Part shown: positions 47,511 to 57,083 of the stretch, one piece after another
Position numbering within the stretch: the stretch's first letter is position 1
Layout of the letters: each line of letters begins with the position of its first letter
NCBI GenBank assembly: GCA_039804205.1
Contig: JBDRZY010000001.1
Location: 286,198-350,197, forward strand
DNA length: 64,000 bases
Origin: a candidate division WOR-3 bacterium
GTDB lineage: Bacteria > Hydrothermota > 32-111
Direction: 5' to 3'
Notes under the pieces: model-generated
Told to the model about the DNA's origin: nothing
Seen by the model: only the letters and a program-made list of their open reading frames with translations
The model's database searches: none
Made by a program: the position numbers and the translations under genes

Positions 47511-47841
47511 AGTTTTCTTTGTTCTGTCTTTGGTTATACTGTTATTTTCAATGTTTATCTATTTGTTCAACCAGAAAGTTGAAAATAGGGAAATTGAGTT
47601 TCTACAACTTCAAACAAACGATTTTAAGACCAATTCTGAAAAATATGAACTCAACAGTGTAACATTTAATGATCTCCTTAAAGTCCCGGGAATAGGTGAA
47701 AAAACTGCGCAGAAGATTATAAGGATGAGAGATAGTTTAAACGGTTTCAAAAAGATAGAAGAACTTTTATATATTGACGGAATAAAAACGAAAAGGTTGG
47801 AAAAACTGAAAGAGTATCTTTATGTTGATGAAAATAGATAG
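47488..47841 (+). CDS. comEA: ComEA-like helix-hairpin-helix DNA-binding protein
   Basis: An N-terminal TM segment is followed by VTFNDLLKVPGIGEKTAQKII..GFKKIEELLYIDGIKTKRLEKL (tandem HhH). Confidence 0.7.
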   Translation: MKQYMTDRVFFVLSLVILLFSMFIYLFNQKVENREIEFLQLQTNDFKTNSEKYELNSVTFNDLLKVPGIGEKTAQKIIRMRDSLNGFKKIEELLYIDGIKTKRLEKLKEYLYVDENR

Positions 47842-48667
47842 AATCGATTTTGATTTTTACGAAAAGAGTTCTGAAAATTTTTTTGGATTCAACGTTTTTG
47901 TTTCAAGGAAATATCTTGAAACTTTTGGAGGAATAAAAAACATTAAAATTTACTCCGTATCCTCTGAAAATGGAATCGAAGCATTTTTCCCTGTAAATGA
48001 GAGAAGGTTCTTTTTCAGTAAAGTATTTTTAACTCCACAGTTCACACAGTTCTTCAATATCATATTGAAAAACGATCCTGAACATGAGAAAAAGAAATTT
48101 TTTAGATTTAGAGAAATAGTATCAACATATTCTATTTTTCTTAATAAGAATTTTGTTTATTTTTCCTTACCCTTACATTACGATTTTTATGATGTTAGAA
48201 TTTTTCAGTGGAATGGAATAAATGTTATTCCATGTTACTCTTATATAGTAGAGGAGTTTAAAGAGAACGATGCGAGTTCCTTTGATGAGTTAAAATTGGT
48301 AACCGATTCTCAGAAACTCTATCAGGATTATTTGGCTTCCTATAAGGGGAAAACTCCAATAGATAAAAAAGATTTTACATATGTCATCGATTCACTTAAA
48401 GAAAAAGAGTTACTGAAAATATTTGCAAATTCAAAAGCGAGTGTTGCCGTTCTTTTTGATGACAGAAATAAAGTGGCATACCTTTATGTGATAACAGGTA
48501 AGGATACCATAAAACTTTTGAACCAGATCTATAAAGGAGGATATTTTAAAGGTTATAAAATAGATCTTGTTGGAGCTAATACGGAAAGGATTGCTAAGTA
48601 TAAAAGTAAAATTGATCCTTCCTTAAAGTTATATTTTAAACTTGAAAAAAAATATGTTAACTTTTGA
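47822..48667 (+). CDS. FemAB-like/GNAT-fold acyltransferase (hypothetical)
   Basis: The similarity to FemAB-related proteins of EPS loci is weak. No catalytic motif is confidently identified. Confidence 0.25.
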   Translation: MLMKIDRIDFDFYEKSSENFFGFNVFVSRKYLETFGGIKNIKIYSVSSENGIEAFFPVNERRFFFSKVFLTPQFTQFFNIILKNDPEHEKKKFFRFREIVSTYSIFLNKNFVYFSLPLHYDFYDVRIFQWNGINVIPCYSYIVEEFKENDASSFDELKLVTDSQKLYQDYLASYKGKTPIDKKDFTYVIDSLKEKELLKIFANSKASVAVLFDDRNKVAYLYVITGKDTIKLLNQIYKGGYFKGYKIDLVGANTERIAKYKSKIDPSLKLYFKLEKKYVNF

Positions 48668-50099
48668 AGATAGAAGAAAATTAAAAAAAGAAAATTTTGA
48701 AACTTTAAAAAAAAATTTTGTACTTGGTTCCCTGACAATTGAAATACCTGTTTCGAAAAACAGGATAATTTATACTGACTCGTTGGAAAAAATAGAAGGG
48801 AATGTTGTTTATGTGCTGGAAGATCCACTCCTGTATCAGGGAAAGGTTGAAAGAATAGATTTTTCAGGTGATCTCCCAATTTTTAACACACATGATCTCA
48901 ATTTTAAAGAATATGAGTCAGATTTTTTTTATATACATTCAAACTCATTGATCTTAAAGTTTGATGTTTTTGCTTTGATCTATTCTTCGATATTCAAAGA
49001 ATTCCAATTCACAAAGAAAGACGATTTTGAAAAAATAAAACTTTTGAGAAAGAAACCTTTTCTCGAAAAGATACTCTTTGAGATTGGAAAAACTGTTAGA
49101 GAATTCTTTTTGAAGAAAAATGGTTATTATCTTGAAATTCAGAGAAGAGATCCTTTTTTACTTTTAACTTTTGATGTTGATAGAATTAGATATTTTGATT
49201 GGAAAAAGGATATCTATTATGGAATAAAGAAAAATTTTTTTAAAGACGAATTCTCTTCTCAGTACTTTAAAATCAAAAAAAAATATAAAGCACAAGATCC
49301 ATGGGATAGAATGGATGAAATTCAGAAAATACTCGAAAAAAATTGTTTAAAGGCGACTTTTTATATTTTTGCTAAAAAAAATGATATCTTCACATCAAGG
49401 TATGGTTACAAACAGTCAAAACAACTTTTTAAAAAACTCATAAAAAAATATGATGTCGGTTTACATCTTTCCTATGAATCTTTTCTGAGTGAAAAAATGA
49501 TAACGGATGAGGTTGAAAAATTTAAGAGTATAACCGACAAAGAATCGATCGATGTGAGATTCCATTTCCTTAACAGGTTGACCGAAAAGCATGTAGAAAT
49601 CTTTAAAAAGTTGAATGTAAAGACCGATTCTTCAATAGGTGATAGAAAAAGATCTTCTTTTTTTACAGGTTTCACAAATCCTTTTTACCTTGATAACGAT
49701 ATTGTAGAGTTTCCCGTTATCTCTATGGATAGTGCCCTGAACTTAGAAGAGATGAGAGGAGTGAGATTTATAGAAAATATGGAGCAGATTTTAAGTGAGA
49801 TCAAAGATTTAAATGGTGTGTTCAATTTCATATTTCATCCTTCAAGTTTAGACGAGTTTACCTATGAAGGGTATTCGAAATATCTTTTTGAAATTATAAA
49901 ATTAACAGGAGAAAAAAAATTTAATAGTGTTTCAATTGATAAACTTTACGCGATTCTGAAAAGAAGGAGTCAGAGTGTAAAAATAGAAAATGAAAGTTTT
50001 TTTGTTGACAGTTTAACCGGTTATGATTTAAAATTTTATATAAGGGATAAAGTGTTTGTGGAAAATGAATTAAAATTCAATTTAAAGGAGGTTATATGA
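48642..50099 (+). CDS. Polysaccharide deacetylase (CE4/NodB)-like protein (hypothetical)
   Basis: Motifs LLTFDVDR and KATFYIF resemble the NodB Asp motif. HLSYESF resembles the His motif. The N-terminal ~140 aa are unassigned. Confidence 0.35.
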   Translation: MKKNMLTFEDRRKLKKENFETLKKNFVLGSLTIEIPVSKNRIIYTDSLEKIEGNVVYVLEDPLLYQGKVERIDFSGDLPIFNTHDLNFKEYESDFFYIHSNSLILKFDVFALIYSSIFKEFQFTKKDDFEKIKLLRKKPFLEKILFEIGKTVREFFLKKNGYYLEIQRRDPFLLLTFDVDRIRYFDWKKDIYYGIKKNFFKDEFSSQYFKIKKKYKAQDPWDRMDEIQKILEKNCLKATFYIFAKKNDIFTSRYGYKQSKQLFKKLIKKYDVGLHLSYESFLSEKMITDEVEKFKSITDKESIDVRFHFLNRLTEKHVEIFKKLNVKTDSSIGDRKRSSFFTGFTNPFYLDNDIVEFPVISMDSALNLEEMRGVRFIENMEQILSEIKDLNGVFNFIFHPSSLDEFTYEGYSKYLFEIIKLTGEKKFNSVSIDKLYAILKRRSQSVKIENESFFVDSLTGYDLKFYIRDKVFVENELKFNLKEVI

Positions 50100-50356
50100 A
50101 AAAAAATGTTATTCTAATTCTTGTTTCAAACAGAAGTAAATCTGCTGTTAAGGTCCAGGAAACACTTACAAAATATGGTTGTATAATAAAAACGAGATTG
50201 GGAATACATGATGGTGTTGAAAATAAATGTTCAGAATGTGGACTTTTGATCGTTGAACTTGCTGGAACCGACAAAGAGGGAAAAGAATTGTTTGAGAATT
50301 TACAAAAAATCAGTGGTGTTACAGCAAAAATGGTGAGTTTAAAATTAAAGGTTTAA
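50096..50356 (+). CDS. Small ACT-like regulator (TM1266/iron-only hydrogenase system regulator-like family)
   Basis: The 86-aa protein shows the pattern VILILVSNRSKSAVKVQETLTKYG...GLLIVEL....GVTAKMV, which resembles that family. Confidence 0.35.
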   Translation: MKKNVILILVSNRSKSAVKVQETLTKYGCIIKTRLGIHDGVENKCSECGLLIVELAGTDKEGKELFENLQKISGVTAKMVSLKLKV

Positions 50357-51504
50357 TCCTCTTTAAACTCGTTTTGGATTTTTAAAAACTCATCAAGATT
50401 TGATAGGAAAACATCCACGATCTTTCCGTCGAACTGTTTGTTTCTCTGATTTTCTATTTCTGTTAGTATCTTGTCCAATGGCCATGCATCCTTATAGGGT
50501 CTTTTAGTAGCAAGAGCATCGAAAACATCAGCAAGAGCTACAATCCTTCCTTCTATGGGAATCTCTTCACCTTTCTTACCACTTGGATAACCTGTTCCAT
50601 CAAATCTTTCATGATGGTTTAAGGCGATTGAAGAGGCAAAATTTATTAATTTTTCTGTTGAACCAGCAAGAATTTCATATCCCATCGTTGTATGCCTTTT
50701 CATTATTTCCCATTCTTCGGGCGTAAGTTTTGCTGGCTTTGTTAGAATCGCATCGGGTATACCGAGTTTTCCAATATCGTGTAATGGTGAAGCGTAAAGG
50801 ATCAACTCGCAAAATTCATCTGAAAATCCAAGTTTTTTTGCTATGAGTTCAGAATATTTACTCATCCTTTTTATGTGTGTTCCTGTATCGGTATCTTTGT
50901 ATTCTGCAGCGACAGATAATCTGTATATCGTTTCAAGATATGCTCTTTTGATATTTTCTTTGAGTTGAACATTCTTTATTGAAACGGCAGCTATGGAAGC
51001 AAACGATTCTATTATCTTTTCGATCTCCTTTGAATATGAGGTGATGTTACCTTTTTCATCTTTTGAATTGATAAGTTGTAAAACACCTATAACCTCATTT
51101 TCGTTATCCTTCATCGGTATTGTAAGCATCGACTTTGTTCTGTAATTATTTTTTTTATCAAATTCGTCATTGAAAGAGAATGGATACTCATTTGAAAGCA
51201 TATAAACATCGGGAATGTTGATAATATTTTTTGTAAAGGCAGCATAACCTGCTATTGAAGTTTTATCAATGTTTATGGGAAACGCTTTGAACTTTTTATG
51301 TATGTCTTTTAACGTATCGTTTTGGGTTATCAGAAATACCAATCTGTTTTTATCTTTTAAATATAGTGAACCAGCATCAGAGTTCGTTATCTCTCTTGCT
51401 TTTTTTAGAACTATTTCAAGAAGCTGGTTGAGATTGGGGATAGAACTGATCATTATCGAAATTTCTATAAGTTCATTCAAAATCTCTTTTTGATCTATTT
51501 TCAT
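50353..51504 (-). CDS. GAF domain-containing HD-GYP phosphodiesterase
   Basis: An N-terminal GAF-like region is present. The HD-GYP core is HDIGKLGIPDAILTKP...HTTMGYEIL...HHERFDGTGYP. Confidence 0.8.
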   Translation of the reverse strand: MKIDQKEILNELIEISIMISSIPNLNQLLEIVLKKAREITNSDAGSLYLKDKNRLVFLITQNDTLKDIHKKFKAFPINIDKTSIAGYAAFTKNIINIPDVYMLSNEYPFSFNDEFDKKNNYRTKSMLTIPMKDNENEVIGVLQLINSKDEKGNITSYSKEIEKIIESFASIAAVSIKNVQLKENIKRAYLETIYRLSVAAEYKDTDTGTHIKRMSKYSELIAKKLGFSDEFCELILYASPLHDIGKLGIPDAILTKPAKLTPEEWEIMKRHTTMGYEILAGSTEKLINFASSIALNHHERFDGTGYPSGKKGEEIPIEGRIVALADVFDALATKRPYKDAWPLDKILTEIENQRNKQFDGKIVDVFLSNLDEFLKIQNEFKED

Positions 51505-51575
51505 AATTTAATAATAACTCTATAAACATCTATGTCAAGTTTAAATGGTCGAACTTTCAAATTGTTAAATAAAAA

Positions 51576-53570
51576 CTATTTTTTGATATATTGAAATACT
51601 GTTATTTTTATATCAAACCTGTTGTTGAATTTTGATAATCCATGATTTTTAAAAATTTCTGCTGGATCTGTTCCATTTATTTGTATGGGGATGAGATATT
51701 CTCTCACCTTTTCAGGATCTTCAAAATATTTGAAGTCGATCTGATATGTTCTGAATTTTCTATCGTAAAGTAGAAATTTTAAATGGGTCATATCTTCATC
51801 TTCCGGATCGAATTGACAGTTCAGAGGGTAATCTTCATCTTTTGTGTTTGTTAGATATAGAAAAAATATTTTCCCATCACCTGTTATAACTATTTTTGAG
51901 TATCTTTCATATGATCCTTTTTGAACAAAAAATTCTTTAGAATGTTCTATTCTCTTTAGGGAAGTTTCATTTAAAAATTTTGAAAAGAGTCCTATTTTTT
52001 GTTTATAGAAATCATTTTGAAATTTTTCTTTACTGTCCGTATTGTTATAATAATATGCATAAAAGATTATTCCATTTGAACCTAAAATATATGGAGAAAA
52101 GAATCTCCATTTTATTTTATCAAACTTAAATTTATCATCTTTCACATCTTTATATGCATCTCCTATGTAAAGAATCCTTTTTGAATTTTGTTTTGCAAAA
52201 TCGTATATTTTTTTGAACCTTTTTAAAAAAAACTCATCGTAGAGATAATCGTCAAACATTATATAATCACTTGTGAGAAGAAAAGATGTATCTTCAAACA
52301 TCATCAATTTTAGTCTGTTGTCATTTTTATAATCATAAAATTGTGCTGAATGTAAAACAAAGGGGATATAGTTTTTGTTTTTAACATAATCCATAATCTC
52401 GTTCATATAGTAAACGGTTGTTTCATCGTATCTTTTTAGAAGATTATTTTTATAAATATCCGGATGATATTCAAAAAACCATCTGTCAAGGTTTATCACA
52501 TTTTTTGGTTCTATCTCATCTTCAAGATAAAAGCCAATGATCCTTTTATCATTAAGAGAACACAGAGAGTCAACTATGAATTTTGCCTGTTCAATCTTTT
52601 TTTGATTTTTATAAGAAAAACTGAAGTTACCAAGATATGTATCTTTTAATATGATTTTTAGTCCAACTATTTTATAATTTTTTAATCCGAACTTTTCATC
52701 AAGAAAATCTCTTAGATTGAATTGAAATGTTTGCCAGATTGTGTCAAGGGTTTGATCTGTAGGTAGGTTCAAAATATATTTTACTCGATCCTGTTTTAAC
52801 ATTTTTATTTTTTTGTAACCTTCAATCTTACTAATATTAAAATCTGTTCTGATAAAATTTTTGTATTTTTGATCTATAAAGGTGTTTGATCTATTCCCGA
52901 TAATAAAATTGAGAAAAGTATCTTCGAAAGATAAATCAAAAATTATGTTTATGTAAGAATTTTTGTTAAGTAATTTGTATGATAAACCAAATATATCAAA
53001 ATATATGTTAACAGCTGCATTCGACTTTAAATTGAAGATTTTATCTTTATCGATCTCGATCAAAAGTTTTTCTTCTTCTTTTAGATTTTTAACTTTAAGA
53101 ACTCCGTATGTAGGAATTTTTTTGTCCCAGAATGTAGAGACATAATTTTTAATATTATCTTCATCCAGTATTTTTCTACTTTTTCTGTTTATAAGAAAAA
53201 CTTTTCCATACTGAAAAATTGAGGTATTGTTTGAATCAGAGTTGAAAAAAGAAAAAAGGTTTCTTGAAAATGTAGAGTATGATGGGAGGGTTACTATAAC
53301 ATATTTTGTATGATGTAACTTTAGCAGAGGTTGAAATTTTAAAGGATCAATTTTTGTTAAATCTTTCTCTCTGTTATAAAGAGTGTATTGTATGAAAAGA
53401 TCATAGTAGACAGAAAAGTCATCTTTATAATATCCACCATCGATGCCAAGGAAAGATTTTGAAATCTTCTCATCATTGTTTAGATACCATCCAACAAGAT
53501 ATTCTTTTTCGATTGAACCGTTAAGATTTAGACCAAAAAAACATAAAAGTAAAATAAGAAAAAAATTCAT
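51576..53570 (-). CDS. Secreted hypothetical protein in EPS locus (664 aa)
   Basis: A signal peptide is present. The protein is Tyr/Asn/Lys-rich. No motif was recognised. Confidence 0.3.
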   Translation of the reverse strand: MNFFLILLLCFFGLNLNGSIEKEYLVGWYLNNDEKISKSFLGIDGGYYKDDFSVYYDLFIQYTLYNREKDLTKIDPLKFQPLLKLHHTKYVIVTLPSYSTFSRNLFSFFNSDSNNTSIFQYGKVFLINRKSRKILDEDNIKNYVSTFWDKKIPTYGVLKVKNLKEEEKLLIEIDKDKIFNLKSNAAVNIYFDIFGLSYKLLNKNSYINIIFDLSFEDTFLNFIIGNRSNTFIDQKYKNFIRTDFNISKIEGYKKIKMLKQDRVKYILNLPTDQTLDTIWQTFQFNLRDFLDEKFGLKNYKIVGLKIILKDTYLGNFSFSYKNQKKIEQAKFIVDSLCSLNDKRIIGFYLEDEIEPKNVINLDRWFFEYHPDIYKNNLLKRYDETTVYYMNEIMDYVKNKNYIPFVLHSAQFYDYKNDNRLKLMMFEDTSFLLTSDYIMFDDYLYDEFFLKRFKKIYDFAKQNSKRILYIGDAYKDVKDDKFKFDKIKWRFFSPYILGSNGIIFYAYYYNNTDSKEKFQNDFYKQKIGLFSKFLNETSLKRIEHSKEFFVQKGSYERYSKIVITGDGKIFFLYLTNTKDEDYPLNCQFDPEDEDMTHLKFLLYDRKFRTYQIDFKYFEDPEKVREYLIPIQINGTDPAEIFKNHGLSKFNNRFDIKITVFQYIKK

Positions 53571-53571
53571 A

Positions 53572-54825
53572 TCAAAATGATTTAAAATAGTTCATTATTT
53601 TAATTAAATCGGTTCTGTTGATTATCATCATATTTTTGAAACTTTTTTTGTAATGCTTTAAAAAGAATATTAAAATTATTAAAGTGTTTAAAGAATACGA
53701 AAATAACGATGCAAACGATGCTCCAACGATTTTAAATTTTGGTATGAGTACAAGATTTAAAAGGATGTTTAACATGACACTTATTATTGAAGCGAATAAC
53801 TGGATGTTTATAATACCGTCACCTGACAGTTCTGATGATAACATTTTTGCATATCCATTTGAGAGTATGGCTGGTGCAAGGATGATCATAGGAATTATTG
53901 ATTCTTTATATGCGGGGGAGTAAAGAATGGTTATGAGGGGGTAAGCTGTTATGACTATAAAAGTTGCAACCAGAATGTTGATGCTGTTTACAATCCTCAT
54001 CGACAGTTCAAAGGAATCTTTTACATCCTGGTTGACTTTTAATGCAAAATTCACGAGTGAGGCTGATTGTGATAACAATCGTGTTTTTTCAATTATAAAA
54101 ACTGCAACCGAATACCATCCAAGGTATTCAGGTTTTAAAAAGAAGGATATCAAAAACATATCGATTCTGTAATTCAAAAAAGACATGAGATTCGCAAGAT
54201 AGATAAAAAAACTGTATCTTGTTATCGATACAAGTTCTTTGATGTTGGGAGGTTGGAATTTAAAAGGAAACAGAAAATATACAGACATTAAAAGTGGTAT
54301 GAGAAGTGAAAAAAAGTAAATAAGAGATATGTTTAGAGGTGTGAGTTTAATTTTCAAAATTATAAGGGATATCAATAGTGTTATCTCGATGAATATTGGA
54401 AGTGTTCTGATGATGTTGAAAAGTTTTATTTTTAACGATCCAAGATAGAGTCCTAAAGTGAATTTTGATGATATCTGGACAAAAAATAACAAAGGAATGA
54501 TAAAAAAACCTCTCTGATCATCATAAAATAGTATCAAAAGGAAAGTTGCTACAACGGAGATTAGAAGAAATATGAACATTAAAATGATAGAAAGTGTTTT
54601 CCATTTATCCTGTGATAATGATATCTTTTTCCCCGAGTAGTAAGAAAGTCCTGTAGAAAATCCAAATTCAAGAACCATAGAAAGAGTAGACGATACGAGT
54701 ATTATATAAGCATAGTAACCTTTGTTCACAGGGCCTAAACCTCTGTTGATTATAATCGTTGTTCCTATACCTATAAAAACGATGATCAGTTCACTGGCAA
54801 ACGTTAAAAGTGACTTTTTAAACAT
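53572..54825 (-). CDS. wzx: Wzx-type polysaccharide flippase (MOP superfamily)
   Basis: The ~12-TM protein starts with ELIIVFIGIGTTIIINRGLGPVNKGYYAY, typical of oligosaccharide-unit flippases. Confidence 0.65.
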   Translation of the reverse strand: MFKKSLLTFASELIIVFIGIGTTIIINRGLGPVNKGYYAYIILVSSTLSMVLEFGFSTGLSYYSGKKISLSQDKWKTLSIILMFIFLLISVVATFLLILFYDDQRGFFIIPLLFFVQISSKFTLGLYLGSLKIKLFNIIRTLPIFIEITLLISLIILKIKLTPLNISLIYFFSLLIPLLMSVYFLFPFKFQPPNIKELVSITRYSFFIYLANLMSFLNYRIDMFLISFFLKPEYLGWYSVAVFIIEKTRLLSQSASLVNFALKVNQDVKDSFELSMRIVNSINILVATFIVITAYPLITILYSPAYKESIIPMIILAPAILSNGYAKMLSSELSGDGIINIQLFASIISVMLNILLNLVLIPKFKIVGASFASLFSYSLNTLIILIFFLKHYKKSFKNMMIINRTDLIKIMNYFKSF

Positions 54826-56017
54826 TTTTCAACCTTTCTTTAACAAAAACAAATTCTGAGTTCATCCTGTCTTCCCACGACCAAATATAATTTTTTTCAA
54901 AATTTTTCAATCTAACCTTTATTTTGTTCATTTCCTCTTGATCCCTTATGATAGAAAGAAAAAGTTTTGCGAAGTTTGCCATCTGTTCAACAGTATCAAA
55001 GGAGAAAATATAATCGTCCATGAATTCAGTTTTAAAACCTCTTTTTAAACTTAGAACAGGGGTTTTATTTTTAATACTTTCAAGAACTGGATTGTTGAGA
55101 GATGAAAGAACATTGAAAGATAAAAACAGATCGGATATTTGAAAATATTTATAAGTTTCATTCTGTTTTACATTTCTGATATATCTATAATCAAGTTTTT
55201 CTGAATCCAAAAAATTTAACATATTCTCTCTCTCATCTCCATCACCTATTATTAAAAAAGTGACGCTCTTTCTTTCATAAAAATTTTCTAAGAAGTTCAA
55301 AAAAAGATCAACACCTTTGAGTTTTGATAATCTGTTAAGGAAAAGAAAAACAGGTTTTTCGTTTATTTTGAGATTTTTTTTCAACTCAAATTTTTCTTCT
55401 TCTGTTAGTGACGGAAAGTTATCGATTCCATTTATAAGGTATAAAATTTTTTTTCTATCAACACCACGTTTCAAAGCGATCTCATCTCCCGCTGTTCCAT
55501 CGTTCACAAGAATGTATCCAGTAAGGTTCAGTCTGAAAGATAGAAGGTTTTCTTCAAATTTGTAAAACCTGTTACTTAAAACATATTTGTAAGCATCAAC
55601 AAGACCATAGTATCTTACAAAGATCGGTTTTTTTCTTCGAAAAAGTATGTAAGAAGTTAAAGGCATATATTGTAGGTGTGCATAAACAAAGTCGGGATTA
55701 AAATTTTTTATAATATTTTTTATCTTAATCGGGTATATGGTTGAAAAATATATAAATCTTAATTTGTTGAAAAGATGATATGATTTTAAATATTTTTGAT
55801 TTAAAAATATTTCCGGGATTTTTAATGATACTATTCTACAATTTTTAAACAATGCTTCTGTAAAATTTTTATTTGATGGATATATGTATAGTTGATAGAA
55901 TCCTTTTTCATCATAATATTTTAAGGTTTTCATTACGGAAGGCATTCCAGAACTTTTCCCCATGACCCATACAGGTATTGTTGAAAGATGTAAAATTTTG
56001 TTCAAATCATTCTCCAA
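54818..56017 (-). CDS. Glycosyltransferase family 4
   Basis: The fold is GT-B-like. The C-terminal half carries VFLFLNRLSKLKGVD and NPVLESIKNKTPVLS. Confidence 0.55.
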   Translation of the reverse strand: MENDLNKILHLSTIPVWVMGKSSGMPSVMKTLKYYDEKGFYQLYIYPSNKNFTEALFKNCRIVSLKIPEIFLNQKYLKSYHLFNKLRFIYFSTIYPIKIKNIIKNFNPDFVYAHLQYMPLTSYILFRRKKPIFVRYYGLVDAYKYVLSNRFYKFEENLLSFRLNLTGYILVNDGTAGDEIALKRGVDRKKILYLINGIDNFPSLTEEEKFELKKNLKINEKPVFLFLNRLSKLKGVDLFLNFLENFYERKSVTFLIIGDGDERENMLNFLDSEKLDYRYIRNVKQNETYKYFQISDLFLSFNVLSSLNNPVLESIKNKTPVLSLKRGFKTEFMDDYIFSFDTVEQMANFAKLFLSIIRDQEEMNKIKVRLKNFEKNYIWSWEDRMNSEFVFVKERLKNV

Positions 56018-57083
56018 GAAGTTTGTTGTAAATTTCTAAACCATTTTTGAAACATCTTTCACTTTCAAAGTTCTCTTCAGCAAACTTTTTCATATTTTTC
56101 CCTGTTTCGTTTAAAACATCTCTATTTTTATAATAAAATAAAATCTTTTCATACAATTCTTCTATTTCCAATGTTTTCAGGGAGGTTAAAAAATCTTTTT
56201 GTCCAAAGAATTCCTTCATCGGTTCTATATCCTGATATATAACGATCTTGTTGCACATCATCGCTTCTTTAACCGATACTGGACTCCCATCTCTTAAAGA
56301 GAGTGAAAGTGTTAAATCGCAACCCTTGATCAATGATATGAACTTTTCTTTTGATAGATTTTCTAAGATTCTCACAAAAGATAGGTTCCTACATTTTTCC
56401 TTTATCATCCTGTAGTAAGAAGAATCATCTCCTTTTATCAGAACAAGTTTTATGTTTTCATAGTTTTTGTTCAGTTCTTTTAAGGTTTTCAGGACTCTCT
56501 CGATTTGAAAGATTTCCCTTATAAAGCGTAAATTTAAGACGATAAAATCATCCTTCGAAAAACCGATTTCTTCCCTTTTAAAAGGGGTTATCCGATCAAT
56601 GAAATTTTTATCAACACCCCAGATCAGTTGATCAGATTCTTTGATTTTATAATTGAAAAATTTTTTTAAATGACTTCCAGCAAATGTTATGTAATCCGCC
56701 TGTTTTATAGATAGGTCAGCAAGAAATTTTAAAAAAAAGTTAGAATTTTTGTAATCGTTTGTTATATCACTTCCCCAGAATGAGATTATAGTTTTTTTAT
56801 GATCGTTGATTGTTAAGAGTCCATAGGGAAAAAGATAGTGAGCGTGAACAAGATCCGGTTTTATTGTACTTATTATTTTTTGAATTCTGGTATAACTTTT
56901 CAAAAGATTCAGTTTATAGAAAGGAAAATTAAAATCTATAAAAAAACTATTTTCTACAGGTCTGAAATCTTTTTTAAGTGAAATATAAAATAGGTTAAAC
57001 ATATCTTGTTTTTTTAGAAAATTTATCCACTCCAAAGTATGTGCAGATTCAGGTGGTGCGATTAAAAGTATCTTTTTTTCCAT
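56007..57083 (-). CDS. Glycosyltransferase family 4
   Basis: The N-terminal domain carries HAHYLFPYG. The C-terminal part carries RDGSPVSVKEAMMCNKIVI. Confidence 0.6.
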   Translation of the reverse strand: MEKKILLIAPPESAHTLEWINFLKKQDMFNLFYISLKKDFRPVENSFFIDFNFPFYKLNLLKSYTRIQKIISTIKPDLVHAHYLFPYGLLTINDHKKTIISFWGSDITNDYKNSNFFLKFLADLSIKQADYITFAGSHLKKFFNYKIKESDQLIWGVDKNFIDRITPFKREEIGFSKDDFIVLNLRFIREIFQIERVLKTLKELNKNYENIKLVLIKGDDSSYYRMIKEKCRNLSFVRILENLSKEKFISLIKGCDLTLSLSLRDGSPVSVKEAMMCNKIVIYQDIEPMKEFFGQKDFLTSLKTLEIEELYEKILFYYKNRDVLNETGKNMKKFAEENFESERCFKNGLEIYNKLLGE

